Positions 13,033 through 25,718 are shown, counted from the stretch's first letter. The stretch: DNA of 57,548 bases from Octopus sinensis (GCF_006345805.1 NW_021833602.1:1-57548), one strand, 5' to 3'. Program-made: numbers and translations. Notes: a model not told the origin generated them from the letters alone.

Positions 13033-13186
13033 CATTCGACGAGCTTTAAGTATCCCCTCTTCTAAATCCACTCACAAGGTTTTGGTTACTCATAGGCTAT
13101 AGTACAAGACACTTGCCAAAGAGTGGGAATGAACCCGGAACCATTTGTTTAGGAAACAAACTTCTTACCGCACATCCACCTCTGCG
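12745..13186 (-). mobile_element. SINE family C (tRNA head, CORE-like domain, internal microsatellite, LINE-like tail), decayed
   Basis: ggccatgctggggcaccgc tail, (TA)n core, aaatccactcacaagg...ggctatagtacaagacacttgcc, gaacccggaaccat. Confidence 0.8.
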
Positions 13187-13196
13187 AGTGAAAGAT

Positions 13197-13300
13197 GTTA
13201 CAGCACTCAGGTTTCGAAAGGGGTTGTCCAACTCAGTTCTAACTAGGACGGACGTTGCTTAGTTTCGGTGGTCAGATGAGAACGGTTGCTTTCAGAAATT
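13197..13300 (-). pseudogene. Decayed 5S rRNA copy (pseudogene or 5S-derived SINE head)
   Basis: Minus strand tgaaagcaaccgttctcatctgaccaccgaaactaagcaacgtccgtcctagttagaactgagttggacaacccctttcgaaacctgagtgctgtaac aligns without gaps to my recollection of the invertebrate 5S consensus (about 70% by eye). Several differences are CpG-decay type. Confidence 0.65.
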
Positions 13301-13480
13301 TCTTTTTAATGTAGCTCGTGTACCAGACAATAAATTTTACTTCAATAAAAATCATTATCTCAAAGATATATCAACAAATATTGCATGAGATGTGAAATTA
13401 TCTTAAACATTCGATGTCTTGAAGTTTTACAATATAAGTATTTTATCTATAATTATTTTTATCTTTAAGCGTTAGAAATA

Positions 13481-13695
13481 CTTGTTTCAAATTTTGGCAC
13501 AAGGCCAGCAATTTCTAGGAAGAGGTTAAGTCAATAACATCGAACCCGATGCTGAACTGGTGCTTATTTTATCGAAGAAATAATGAAAGGCGAAATCGAC
13601 CGCGACGGAATTTGATATTAAAATGTAAAAACGGATGAAATGCCGCTAAGAATTTTGTTCGGCGTGTTAACAATTCTGCCAGCTCACCGATTTTC
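13481..13695 (-). mobile_element. SINE family A with 14-bp TSD
   Basis: aagcgttagaaata at 13467-13480 and 13696-13709; family A body lies between. Confidence 0.8.
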
Positions 13696-14044
13696 AAGCG
13701 TTAGAAATATTTATGTATAATGTCAGATGTAAGTTGTATTGCTAAAGCACTATGCAATTTGTAGGCAGTTTATATAAAAAAAACAACACATATTGAAAAA
13801 TTCTCGTGAAAAATAAAAACTCTGAAAATTCTAAATAAAATATTTGTCTGGTGTTTCGATACACAATTTTACGTTTCAGCAAATTACTCACCCAGTAAAC
13901 ATTTTGCGTTGCCTGCTCAAAATTCATTAGCAAAAATAATAAATTTGTGTGCAGTGCAAGTATTTATGTGTGTATATATGTATGTGCGTCTAAGCATGTG
14001 TTAGATATTGCGTATTTTTTCTGTGTGATGATAGAAGATTAAAG

Positions 14045-15022
14045 TGGACGAGGTAAGGTGACCACCGTCCCGCCCTTGTGATCTTTGCAGTGTGGAGTCG
14101 CGCATTGTCCTGATGAAACATCACTCCTTTTTGATTCACTAAAGCGGGTCTTTTTTCTTCAAAGCTTGGTTCAAACGATCTAATTGCTGCCAGTAGACTT
14201 GACCATGGATTGTTGTATTAGGTGGTAACAATTCAAAGTGAATTACTTCTTTGCAATCCAACCAGATAGAGAGAAGAACCTTTTGCCCATGAAGATCCCA
14301 TCTCGGTTGTGGTTGAGCTTTTTTCCCTTTTATGAAGCCACTGATTACGATGTTTAACATTTCGATAGAAGATCCATTTTTCGTCACCAGTCAAAACTCT
14401 ATCCAAAAAGGGTGAAATAAATTCGCGAGAATGGGGAGAAGATCATATGCCAACTCTGTATTTGCGGTTGATTTCGGATAATTCATGAGGCACCCATTTT
14501 CCAAGTGTAGGAACCTTTCCAAGATGTTGAAGATTACAATGAACATTTGAATGGTTTGAACTAAGCTTTATTGCCAATCCTTCAACTGATAAAGAGGATT
14601 TTCTTCAAAGATTTCCTCAAGAAGCTTATCATCAAACTCAACTAGACATCCTATTCGATCTTCATCTTCAAAGCTGAAATCTCCACTTCTGAATTTTGCA
14701 AACCATTTTCTGCAAATTCTTTCATTCAAGCATTATTTCCCATAAACTGAGTGTATATTTCGTGTCGCTTTGGCTGCAGAGTTTAATGTTTTGTACTCAT
14801 AAAGCATTATGTGCCTGAAACGCTCTTTGCATACTTCCATGTTTGAAAGGGTTTTAATCAAAGAAATTTTAATTCTATTATTCTGTAAAATAATATTTAT
14901 TTAGTTTAAATGTACACAAATGCATAAAAATGGTTTCTAATCCCATTAGACATTCTGAAATACTATTAAATTTCGTTCAATTTTAAAAAAGGTAAAATCG
15001 GACAGAAATTATGGGATATAAT
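14045..15022 (-). mobile_element. Mariner transposase pseudogene, 3'-truncated
   Basis: From ATG at 14840: MEVCKERFRHIMLYEY...CRKWFAKFRSGDFSFEDEDR. Later KVLLSIWLDCKEVIHFELLPPNTTI and GVMFHQDNARLHTAKIT. TIR-like sequence near 14995-15022. Stops and frameshifts present. Confidence 0.9.
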
Positions 15023-15220
15023 TTTTGCCTCTTTTTCGGGAGACAAAAGGGTTTATAAGATTGCAAAACAGTTGTGCTCAAAGGAAATTGAGACAGAGAA
15101 AAAAATAACATTGATTAGAGGACAAACATGGTTAATATTTATATATGATCAAATGTATGAAAGCGGGTTGTCATATAAGGTCATTGACTCCAGTTTAATA
15201 TGTGTTCTCTAATCAATGTT

Positions 15221-15261
<41 letters not shown>

Positions 15262-15264
<3 letters not shown>

Positions 15265-15574
15265 AGCTGAGACTATGGGTTGCACCTAGAACGTTACCCT
15301 CCCAGGTACAAGTCTGGCAAGTTTTTTTTATAGAAGACAAGCTGTCGCCCATGCATACCGACCTCCGCCCTCCACGCCACCAGTGTTATCCAAGGGAAAG
15401 GCAAAGGCCGATACAGCTTGGCACCTGTGTCATCGTAACTCATTTCTACAGCTGAGTGAACTGGCGCAACGTGAAATAAAGCGTCTTGCTCAAGAACACA
15501 ACACGGTCCGGGATTCGAACTAACAACCTCACGATCGTAAGCTTCATGCTCTAACGACTGAGCGATGCAACTTC
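15262..15574 (-). mobile_element. tRNA/CORE-type SINE, family D, tail type 1
   Basis: Minus strand head gctcagtcgttagagc...gttcgaatcccg, CORE-like gttgtgttcttgagcaagacgctttatttcacgttgc. Confidence 0.8.
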
Positions 15575-15959
15575 TATATATATATATATTTATATATATA
15601 TTAGGGAAGTTATTTCCAAGTCCACAGGGGAGAGAAGTTCAATTTAGTGGTACTAAAATGAATTACTCACTGTATTATATACATCACACTCAAGCAACTC
15701 AATCATCATTGAATGACATTATCTACAATAGGTACATATAGGACTAAATACCAAAATTATCAAAATTAATACATTCAATTCTTATTTCAAATTATATATT
15801 TTACTACGCGCGTTTCATGAGAACATATTCCTCGATATTGCTCAAATAGCATGTCTCTAAATCTTCGTCCAAGGCACAACATTGGATATGGCCGACTCTT
15901 CGGTTACCCTGGCGATTCGGAAATAAATTTGAGGACTGAAAATGCCTGTCAAACATGGG

Positions 15960-16200
15960 AAGCTCGAAACAACATGTAGTCTGCCAGATGTATCACCATC
16001 AAAATCAACCTTAGTGTCTAATCCTAGTAGTGTGTTTTAACAGCCCTTCTATACTCTTCTGATGCTTAGGCTACATATCGTCGTTACATCAAGATTTGGA
16101 CAGCGTCCTTCAATCTTATCTTGCGATGATCATAGACATTAGACGGTAGTGTCTAAAATTATACACTGTTGGTCTTCATCGAAACAACACGTCCATACTA
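15960..16200 (+). mobile_element. RTE-clade LINE remnant
   Basis: cttctatactcttctgatgcttaggctacatatcgtcgttacatcaag translates LLYSSDA*ATYRRYIK, resembling RTE LLYGSEAWTTYRRHIK. Confidence 0.45.
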
Positions 16201-16685
16201 AATAGTTCCTCATTGCCACCAGGTACGTTGGGCTAGGTACTTAATCAGTTAAAGAAACAGTTGTTTTTGTAGAGATTTTTAAAGTAGTAGGCGACTTAAA
16301 CGTAAGCACAAAAACGTTCTAGGGATGCCGTGTAAACCAATATTAATGCTCTTAGTGTAGATGTTTAAGCCTAGGAGCATATGAGAGAAAATAGATGCCT
16401 TTAGAATGAAGTAATATACGATGGTTGCAATGTATTTGAAACACGGAGAATCAAGATGGCCCTCTTATTTCATGAAATGGCAATGAAAACACAAACACAC
16501 ACACACACACGTTTTACATACACACATAATATATATACCTATATAGATATATACATATATAAGTATATATATACATACATACTTACATATCTACACATAT
16601 ACATACACACACGCATACATATATACCTATACATACATACATATACATACATACCTATACATACATACATACATACATACATACA

Positions 16686-16721
<36 letters not shown>

Positions 16722-16920
16722 TATATATGAGGATAATTTTACAACTTCGTTAAACCGAAGGATGGAAATAGGATTGCAGCTGGAAGTGCTCAGATGACAC
16801 TGACGCGAAAGGAGGAATAAATTGAAAGGTATAATGAATAGACGCTCTAATTGGTCAAAATACCCTATTACATTCCCTTAAATCGAATATAAATATCATA
16901 AATCGAATATAAATATATAC

Positions 16921-17594
16921 ATACACACATATATACGAATAAAATGTTATAAGACCTCATAGGGTAATACGAATGAAACCTAATGAAGAAAAAATATATG
17001 GATTAAATTAATGTACAATAAAAGCGACAAAAATTTAAAGCAGTGAAACCAAAATAATATAAATATATAAATATAAAAATAAAGGGAAAGGAGTCCGTTC
17101 AAATGCATTTCTACGATTGTTTCAGAGGACGTTGCCTCACGTCATCAAAGTTAAATCCACAAGGAATTCCAAAGACAATGACATTTCATTCAGGAGAAAT
17201 CTTACAAAGGAGTCACATTTCTTGATGTATATACAAAAGTGTCTTACCACTGGTTGATAGATTAACAACCTGAAATCTGATACCTTTGTAAGTCTGCTCC
17301 TGATGAAAAGGTCATTACCTTTAGATTTTTTTTAATGGATTTTACTTTGACGAAGTGAGGCAACATCATTTCAAACGACCGGAAAAATGTATTTGAACGG
17401 ACTATTTTCTGGTTATCACTTTGCCCTTTATTGTTATATTTATATATATTTTTATTTACATTATTTTGGTTTCACTGCTTTAAATTTTAGTCGCTTTTAT
17501 TGTATATTAATTTAGTCCATATATTTTTCTTTATTCGACTTCACTTGTATTACCATTTGAAGTTTTGTCACCTTTTATTCGTATATATGTGTAT
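16921..17594. repeat. ~240-260-bp imperfect inverted repeat (16921-17159 / 17336-17594) with ~175-bp spacer; Penelope pLTR-like
   Basis: acaataaaagcgacaaaaatttaaagcagtgaaaccaaaataat pairs with attattttggtttcactgctttaaattttagtcgcttttattgt; gttgcctcacgtcatcaaag pairs with ctttgacgaagtgaggcaac. Confidence 0.85.
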
Positions 17595-18561
17595 ATTCTA
17601 TACTACTGGGTTTTAACATTGGGTGCCCTGATGTTTTAATATATATCTGTATTTTGATTTATGATAATATGGGAATGTTATAAAGTTATTTTGACCAATT
17701 AGAACATTTATTCTATATGCCTTTCAATATATATATATGGTGGTTATATTTGCATAGTGCATATCTAGACTTGCTGTGTATCTCAATAATTAAGTTATTC
17801 AAATGTAAGGTTGTTGTATTCAGTGGAGAAACTCTCTTTAGAAACTCTCTTCTCTGAATTTTTTTTTTCAATGAATATCCTCCAGAAATTTCCAAACTTC
17901 AGTTAAATTTCCAACTTCTTCCTCTTTGTCCTTCATCTCATAGATCAATAAAACCAACATCAATCATTTACTGAATTTCACATACATCCAAATACATCTC
18001 CCACACACGACAATTTCGAATCCGGCAGTTTCAAATCAAATAACAAAAATGACGTCACTTAAACGGAATATCGATATAAGTAAGTCATTATAAAATTTGT
18101 CCAAATGTAACTTTGGGTCTAGTTGTGTCTATTAATCGGTAAATCGATAACCTTTATACAGAATAGAAATATGCTGTTCTTTAATCCATGGTTAGCCCTG
18201 ATTGAGCCGATCTATGATAAAAGGCCTTCCAACTCCAATAATCCAATCGTATTAATTTTCCCGTATATAAAATATATAGCACTATACTATTCAGTATATA
18301 TTTATTGTTTCCAAAATCCTCGGATGTGTGTGCGATTTAAGTGGTGGTTGGGTTTTATATAATGTAGGTCGAGTGAACTTTTATATGCGTCGACTTTGGG
18401 TGCCAAAGTAAAATATGTTTTAAAGTTGTGTGCGAGCGTGCATGACATTGCAGCAAGGATTGCTAACGTTCTCGTATGTTTTGGGGCAATCATTACACTG
18501 CCATCTCTTCATTGATATAACCTTCGATATCACGAGGTTATTGTTTGTTCCTTTATAATAT

Positions 18562-18755
18562 TGGTTTGAAGTTTTGGCACAAGGCCAGCAAGTTCGGGAG
18601 AGTGGGTACGTCGAATACATCGACCTGTTCTCAACTGGGTCCTAGTTTATCGAACCTGAAAGGTATGAGAAGCAAACTCAGAACTTAAAGACGGACGAAA
18701 TACCATCTGCAAAGTATTTTTCTCGGCGCGCTAACATTTCTGCCACCTCACCGCC
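18562..18755 (-). mobile_element. SINE family A (short-tail subtype, internal deletion)
   Basis: ttttggcacaaggccagca tail and ggcgcgctaacatttctgccacctcaccgcc head. Confidence 0.75.
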
Positions 18756-18890
18756 TATTGTGCTTCTATGATATTAACTAAACAAAACTTAATGTTTTCA
18801 CTTTTTTAAGCGTCATCTTTAAAACTGAAATATTTTGATTTTTCTCATTTGCTTATTATACGGTAGATAGTAAAAGTAGTATACGGTAGG

Positions 18891-19052
18891 CAGTTACCAT
18901 GGAGAAAAGAATCGGTCAACGTGTTGACTGAATTGTATATAAAGCTACAACTTTATTAATTTCGTTCATAGTTGCCCCTCTTAGGTTCATCTCATTGACA
19001 ACAGTTGAAAAGCCTTTGACCACAAGGGAGATTTTTTTCTCCATGGTAACTG
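18891..19052. mobile_element. MITE-like element with perfect 18-bp TIRs
   Basis: cagttaccatggagaaaa (18891-18908) and ttttctccatggtaactg (19035-19052); no clear TSD. Confidence 0.55.
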
Positions 19053-19294
19053 CAGTGTATTTGCATTTTAGCAGTTAAAATATGTGATAGAGATATTTCA
19101 ACTAACCTGAATTCTGCTCATACCTAAACACTGCTTTGCGCCAATACTTCGTTATATATATATATATATTATATAATATATATATATAGGTATGTATATA
19201 TATATAAATGTGTGTGTGTATTTATATATATATATATATATTATATATATATATAGGTATGTATATATATATAAATGTGTGTGTGTATTTATAT

Positions 19295-19326
<32 letters not shown>

Positions 19327-20351
19327 AGTATGTGTGCATAGGTGGTTATGCATGAGTTTCACCCCCACCCACCACTTGGCAATCGGTGCTGGCTTATTTT
19401 CGTCTACTCTTCAATGTGGTGCCCGAGAAAATGGCTGAAACAAGTAAAAAGATAAATAAAGATGTTCACTTGTAAACGTTGGTGGATTACTTTCATCTCT
19501 GGTCATCCTCATGTGTTTAATTTTTGAATATTTATTATAGTTACAGGATGGATTCAAAACTGGAGATTCTGTCTCCGAATGAAAATTTGGTATTAGACAT
19601 GATGTTCTTACTACGAATTTTTCCGCATGTATGAATTGATCCAGGTATAAGACGTGATGAAGGTCGGAGATGAAACTGTGTATAAATATTAAAACACTAA
19701 AGAAAAATTTTGTTTAGTCTTTAACGCCGAGATTAATAATCGAAAAGTGATACAAAGATCAAAAGTCGTATATCTCCGATATTTAGGCATTTAATTACTG
19801 GAAATCTTTGCCAAATATTTTACGACGGTTTATTCCGATAATTAGAAGGAAAATATAATAGAAAACAAAATTAGTAAAAATCAAATAAACTTTACCACGA
19901 ATGTGAGATTTGATAATCATTGAAACCAAGAAATAATTTGCTTAAAGTAACAGTCAGCAGTTTGTCCACGGATATCACAGACTATTATCCTCTTTTTCAT
20001 GCGTCGACAACAGCGAAGCGTCTTACAATACAGGGCTAGGAATCCAAACAACTTTTGTATCTTCAGTCATATGCTATTTGCTGTAGGCAACAAAACCAAC
20101 GATAAAATCAGTCTAGCTCAGAGTTCTGGGTCCTGTATTAATGTGCAGAAATCTCCAGAATAGAGCACATGATGGGTTATGTTGCTCGGCACGATAGGAT
20201 TATGCAGCAAAGCCTATACTGCATTGAGAAGTAACAGAGGAAATGGGTGGATTCTGTCGCGTCTACAAATCTCAGATTTTAAGTAGGGCTCACAACATCA
20301 GAAGCTTTGAACCCGTATGAGATATTTGGCGCATGTTCTTATTTCTTTACT

Positions 20352-20677
20352 AAAAAAAAGACTCCGCCGGTTACGACGACGAGGGTCCCAGCTGATACGA
20401 TCAACGGAACAGCTTGCTCGTGAAATTAACGTGCAAATGGCTGAGCATTCCACAGACACGTGTACCCTTAACGTAGTTCTCGGGGATAATCAGCGTGACA
20501 CAGAGAGTGACAAGGCTGACCCTTTGAAATACAAGTACAACTCATTTTTGCCAGCTGAGTGGACTGGAGCAACGTGAAATAAAGTGTCTTGCTCAAGGAC
20601 ACAACGCGTCGCCGGGAATCGAGCTCACAACCTTACGATCATGAGCCGAATGCCCTAACCACTAAGCCACGCGCCCT
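20352..20677 (-). mobile_element. tRNA/CORE-type SINE, family D, tail type 2
   Basis: Minus strand ggcgcgtggcttagtggttaggg (box A), gagctcgattcccg (box B), gttgtgtccttgagcaagacactttatttcacgttgctccagtccactcagctg (CORE-like), T-run end. Confidence 0.88.
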
Positions 20678-20680
20678 CAC

Positions 20681-21095
20681 TTTCTTTACTACCCACAAGG
20701 GGCTACACACAGAGGGGACAAACAAGGACAGACAGACGGATTTAGCCGATTATTTCGACCCCAGTGCGTAAGTGGTACTTATTTAATCGACCCCAAAAGG
20801 ATGAAAGGCAAATTCGACCTCGGCGGAATTTGAACTCAGAACGTAACGGCAGACGAAATACCTATTTCTTTACAACCCACAAGGGGCTAAACACAGAGAG
20901 AACAAACAAGGACAGACACACGGATTAAATGGATTATATCAACCCCAGTGCGTAACTGGTAGTTATTTACTCGACCCCGAAAGGATGAAAGGCAAAGTTG
21001 ACCTCGGCGGAATTTGAACTCACAACGTAGCAGCAGACAAAATACCGCTAAGCATTTCGCCCGGCATCCTAACGATTCTGCCAGCTCGCCGCCTT
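20681..21095 (-). mobile_element. SINE family A tandem dimer (one full unit plus one 5'-truncated ~182-bp unit)
   Basis: Two units joined at gacgaaatacc|tatttctttac (20862/20863). Confidence 0.9.
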
Positions 21096-21258
21096 TTCTG
21101 TTAAGGTGATATTGAAGTACATGCTCGTAATCAGTTTCAAATAAAATGCGAACATCTTTAGTTCTAAAGGATGCTGATACAGCTTACTTCCACTATAAAT
21201 ATATATAATGTATTGACAGTGTATGACGTAATATTTAATGTTGCAAGCTCAGTAATAT

Positions 21259-21320
<62 letters not shown>

Positions 21321-21332
21321 CGTGTGGGTGTG

Positions 21333-21646
21333 TGGAGGCGCAATGGCCCAGTGGTTATAGCAGCGGACTCCCGGGCGTAGGATCGCGGTTTCGATTCCCC
21401 GACCGGGTGTTGTGAGTGTTTATTGAGCGAAAACATCTAAAAGCTCCACGAGTCTCTGACAGGGGGTGTTGGCAATCCCTTCTGTACTCTTTCGCCACAA
21501 CTTTCTCTCATTCTTTCTTCTGTTGGCCTGCTCGCTTAGCCATCGTGGTGGCGTCATTTGAAGGCTAAAAACAATGCGAAGCGCATTGTGACCAGCTATG
21601 TGTAGCAACATCTGATAGACTGGTCGGTCACGGTGATCACGGTGAT
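21333..21646 (+). mobile_element. SINE family B, alternative tail
   Basis: ggaggcgcaatggcccagtggtta...gtttcgattcccc head is shared with 1972; ends in (cacggtgat)2. Confidence 0.85.
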
Positions 21647-22094
21647 ATATATATATATATGAGGTAAAGAACTGTGTTGATCTTTTCTTTCACAATGACA
21701 ACCCTAGGCAGATTTGATGTTATTAAACTTAATCAGGGCGAATAGTCAACCACTATTTTAACCGTCACGAATTTGACTTTGTACCTGGTACCACAATTTC
21801 GCATATTGTAATAAATAGTAATCATGTTATGAGAAGATACAGGTACTTTCTTGGCATAAAAATGTTTGATACAGCGGAACATGTGCATGTGTTTCACCCC
21901 CACCCACCACTTGGCAATCGTTGCTGGTTTGCTTGCGTTCACGTCGTTTTCGTTTCGGGGAAAAGAGACCGATATAAATACCAGACCTAACAGATAGATA
22001 AGTAAATCTCTTCAAGGTGGTCCCCGAGATGTTGGGTTCTTAGAGAAACCTACTCCAGCAATAATACTGTGTTCATTTGCACCATAGTAAACAA

Positions 22095-22218
22095 GAGCAA
22101 CGTGAAATTAAATACCTTGCTGCAGAACACAACACTCCACCCGGTCCAGGCATAGAAATCCTGACCTTATGGATGTAATCCCACCCAACACCTTAACCAC
22201 TCGGCCATGCAGCTTCAT
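22095..22218 (-). mobile_element. SINE family D head/CORE fragment
   Basis: gagcaacgtgaaattaaataccttgctgcagaacacaac...ccttaaccactcggccatgc. Confidence 0.6.
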
Positions 22219-22881
22219 AAGATCTTAGAATAGCTCAAAGGGAATATAGAGGATTTAGTGAATGATCTTTGGATATTGTGTTAATTTATAATAATAACTT
22301 TGGGAAAATACCTAAGCATGTCTGCTCCATGAAAAGCAAACAGCAAAATGAACGCTAGCATATTCGATGCCATGAGGTTATTAGATTAAGTTTAATTTGA
22401 TTCTCTAGTCACAAAGGCCCTATATGTTAATAGACGATAAACTGGGCAGTTATTTCGTTCAGATCATTCTATAGATCAGTAGTGATGATGAAGGATTCAA
22501 TTGCTTAAAGCCGGAAATTAAAGCCGGGTGGCGGATGTAAATGGCTCCATGGTAGTCACACGATAATATATTCATATGATTACTCGGTGCTGTCAGTACC
22601 GTACAATATAAATCAGCTCTGGCAAAGGAGAACTGCTGCTACTTTATTTCGTTTATGTTACTGTTAACCTCCATGATTGAATTTTTCGTTTCTACTTTTC
22701 TTTCCATTGATAACAATATGAAGTTTCGAGACACTGTATCACTGTATGCGTATATATGTATGAATGTATGCATGTATGTACGTATGTATGTATGTATGTA
22801 TGTATGCACATATGTATGTATGTATATATATATAATATTATATATATATATATATATAATATATATATATAATATATATAT

Positions 22882-22930
<49 letters not shown>

Positions 22931-23068
22931 CATATATATATATACATATAAATGTATATATACATATATATATATATATACTTTCACTTACATATATCTA
23001 TATTTATGTACACACACGTACACACTCACGTACACACACACACATACGTTCTCATATGAATTTATATG

Positions 23069-23105
<37 letters not shown>

Positions 23106-23546
23106 AAGTGTTTGTGTGTATGTGTGTGTGTGTGTGTGTGTGTATGTGATTCTGTGTGTTTGTAGAAATCGCTAAGCTATTTCTCTCTACAAAAATAATT
23201 AACTTCGCCTGCATGTTGAAACTTCAGATCTATCTGGTTTTAGTTTTTCTTTTGAAGTCATTTCGTTTTATGCTTTATTAAACGCTATTATGATCAATAC
23301 CCGCAATATAGTCAACAGATATTTGCTTGGAATCGAGATATTCGATTGGTTATATCAGGGTTCGCATATTTGCATAATATGAAGGCATTTAAAGAGTAAT
23401 TTGAAATTTGGCGAACTGCACACACACACATACACACAAAAAGGGGGCAGGATCAGTTTATTATGCAGATGTATTCCTGACCAATTAAGGATGGTGCTTT
23501 GTGCGTAAATTTTTCATTCTTTTCTCTTAATATGGTAACTCTCTTA

Positions 23547-23690
23547 AGGTGGCGAACTGGCAGAATCACAAGCGCGCTGAACAAAATGCTTAGCGGCATT
23601 TCGTCTGTTTTTACGTTCTGAGTTCAAATTCTGCCGAGGTCATTGTTTCGTGGTCGAGAAAATAAGTACCCTTTATGCACTGGAGAAGAT
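23547..23690 (+). mobile_element. SINE family A (internal deletion)
   Basis: aggtggcgaactggcagaatc...ttacgttctgagttcaaattctgccgaggtc. Confidence 0.75.
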
Positions 23691-23919
23691 AATCGAAGAT
23701 ACAAGAAGGGGTGTACCAAAATTCACGCTTACCATGTTAGAAATAATGATATACTTGTCATCAAATCCAGCATAGGAATTAAAAGAAAAGCAGCTATATT
23801 GAATTATGGTTAATTTTGTCCGGACTATTTCAGGACAAAGAGAGATGAATAACGCTGAAATGCCTCATGTATTAATAAATTTTCCTGAATAATCAGTAAT
23901 ATTAATTTCAATATTGTCA

Positions 23920-24227
23920 TCAATATTTTCATCACCGCCTTCAGCGTCTTCGTCATTGTCCTCATTATCATCATCAACATCATGATCATGATGATGATCC
24001 TCATCCTCCTCATCCTCATCGTCATCCTCCTCCTCCTCCTCATCATCATCACATTCGTCGTCAACATCATCATCATCGTTGTAATCATCATCATCATCAT
24101 CATCATCGTTGTCATGATCGTGGTCGTCATAATCATCATCATCATTAACATCCTCCTCCTCATCATCATCCTCATCAGCATCATCGTCAACATCCTCATC
24201 ATCATCCTCGTCACCATCATCGTCAAC

Positions 24228-24275
<48 letters not shown>

Positions 24276-24300
24276 TTCCGCATCATCATCAATATCAACC
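23920..24300. repeat. Degenerate (CAT)n/(CCT)n trinucleotide array
   Basis: Directly visible; yields poly-D, poly-M and poly-I ORFs. Confidence 0.9.
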
Positions 24301-24716
24301 AGCAATAACATGCAAACGCTACCAAGATTACTATACAACGATAACCACCAACATCCCACAAACATCAACACCTCATAAACCAGCACCACCACCACCACCA
24401 ATAACATTGTCAGCACGACCAGGAGCACCGCAGTACAATGTATTTTTTTCCTCCCTAGCATTGATTTTATTGCATAAATTGTGAAGAAAAAAGGAGGTAA
24501 TTTATAGGAGTGTAGTGTGTATAAATTACAATACACTTAAATGTACTTTATAAATAATTCATACTAATACGTATTATACACCAGTGTTTCTCACAGACAT
24601 ATGCGCTGTATACATACTAAGAACATATATGTCATACATATATAACTACTGGTCGAGTTTATTGGGAAAATTATTAACATCCTCACTCATAAATAAATGT
24701 TTGCATTAGAATGGAT

Positions 24717-24862
24717 GGCAGGCGTGGGTGTGTAGTAAGAAGCACGTTTCCCAGTCACATGCTTCCGGGTTCAGTCCCACAGCGTGGCACCATGGATAGG
24801 TTTTTTTTCTGTTATAGCTTCGGGCCGACCAAACCCTAGTGGGTGGATGTGGTAGACGGAAT
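24717..24862 (+). mobile_element. SINE family C, 5' half
   Basis: ggcgtgggtgtgtagtaagaag...ccgggttcagtcccacagcgtggcacc...tatagcttcgggccgacc. Confidence 0.75.
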
Positions 24863-25718
24863 ATACTTTTACCAATATTTGTATATATATGTGTGTGTGT
24901 ATATGTGTGTCTGTTATTTTCAGTGTGCGTGTATGTGTGTTTGTGTGTGCGTGTGCGTGTGCATACTTCGAAAGATTTGTTTCTGCTGATGTAAATTAAA
25001 ACGTGATGTCTGCTTCACATAAAACTTCAGTTCAGGCTGTTACCAGTGACGGTACTAAGCTTCTGTATGTAATTGCCTATCTCCAATTATAAGTAAATCT
25101 CCCCCCATGTCTTCTAAGAGATCAGGAGAGAATAAATCTCATGGAGATATTATTTCAAATAGACTCCCTTAAACCTACTCAGTCAAATGTGATTGCTTAT
25201 TTATTGACATTGATTAGAATTCATCAATGATATTTTGATGATGTGATTGCTTATTTTTAGAATGGTTGAGAGAGTTTGCATCTTGTCGAGCTGAACATAA
25301 AACCCGTAGAATAAATACCTGTTTTAAATATTAATAGGTGAATTTGACCTCAGGCTCAAAACAACACCTTAACAGAAATCCTTGAAACCAAATAAATATC
25401 AAAGATAATGGTCTAGATTCTTCGTTCCACGCTGAAGACACCCACTTAGGTTAATTACTATCAGAAGAACCCAAGATGTTTCTTTTAGTAAGCCAATATT
25501 CCTTGGGACATTACATAGGACTAGAAGACACAATTTGATATTGAGCGTAAATGCAGCTGGCATCAAAGAGGAATTTTCTGCAGTGTGAATATCTGTATAT
25601 TTGTATCATTGTTTGTCTCCTTATAAATTCGAAAACACGTACTCACATACTTATATATCTAAATATATGCCCCTTTGATTTATAGAATGCATTTGTATTT
25701 GTAAGATTATATGTATAC

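Noticed and set aside
19540-19640. Possible small exon after ttacag
   Set aside because: Short reading frames, weak donor, no recognisable product
20600-20677. tRNA-like sequence (also 21333-21410 and 1972-2045)
   Set aside because: Boxes A and B are present, but I could not fold a proper cloverleaf and each continues into a multicopy SINE body; these are SINE heads, not tRNA genes
23825-24536. 178-aa Met-rich and 223-aa Asp-rich ORFs
   Set aside because: They are translations of a (CAT)n array; several frames are open and there is no non-repetitive domain
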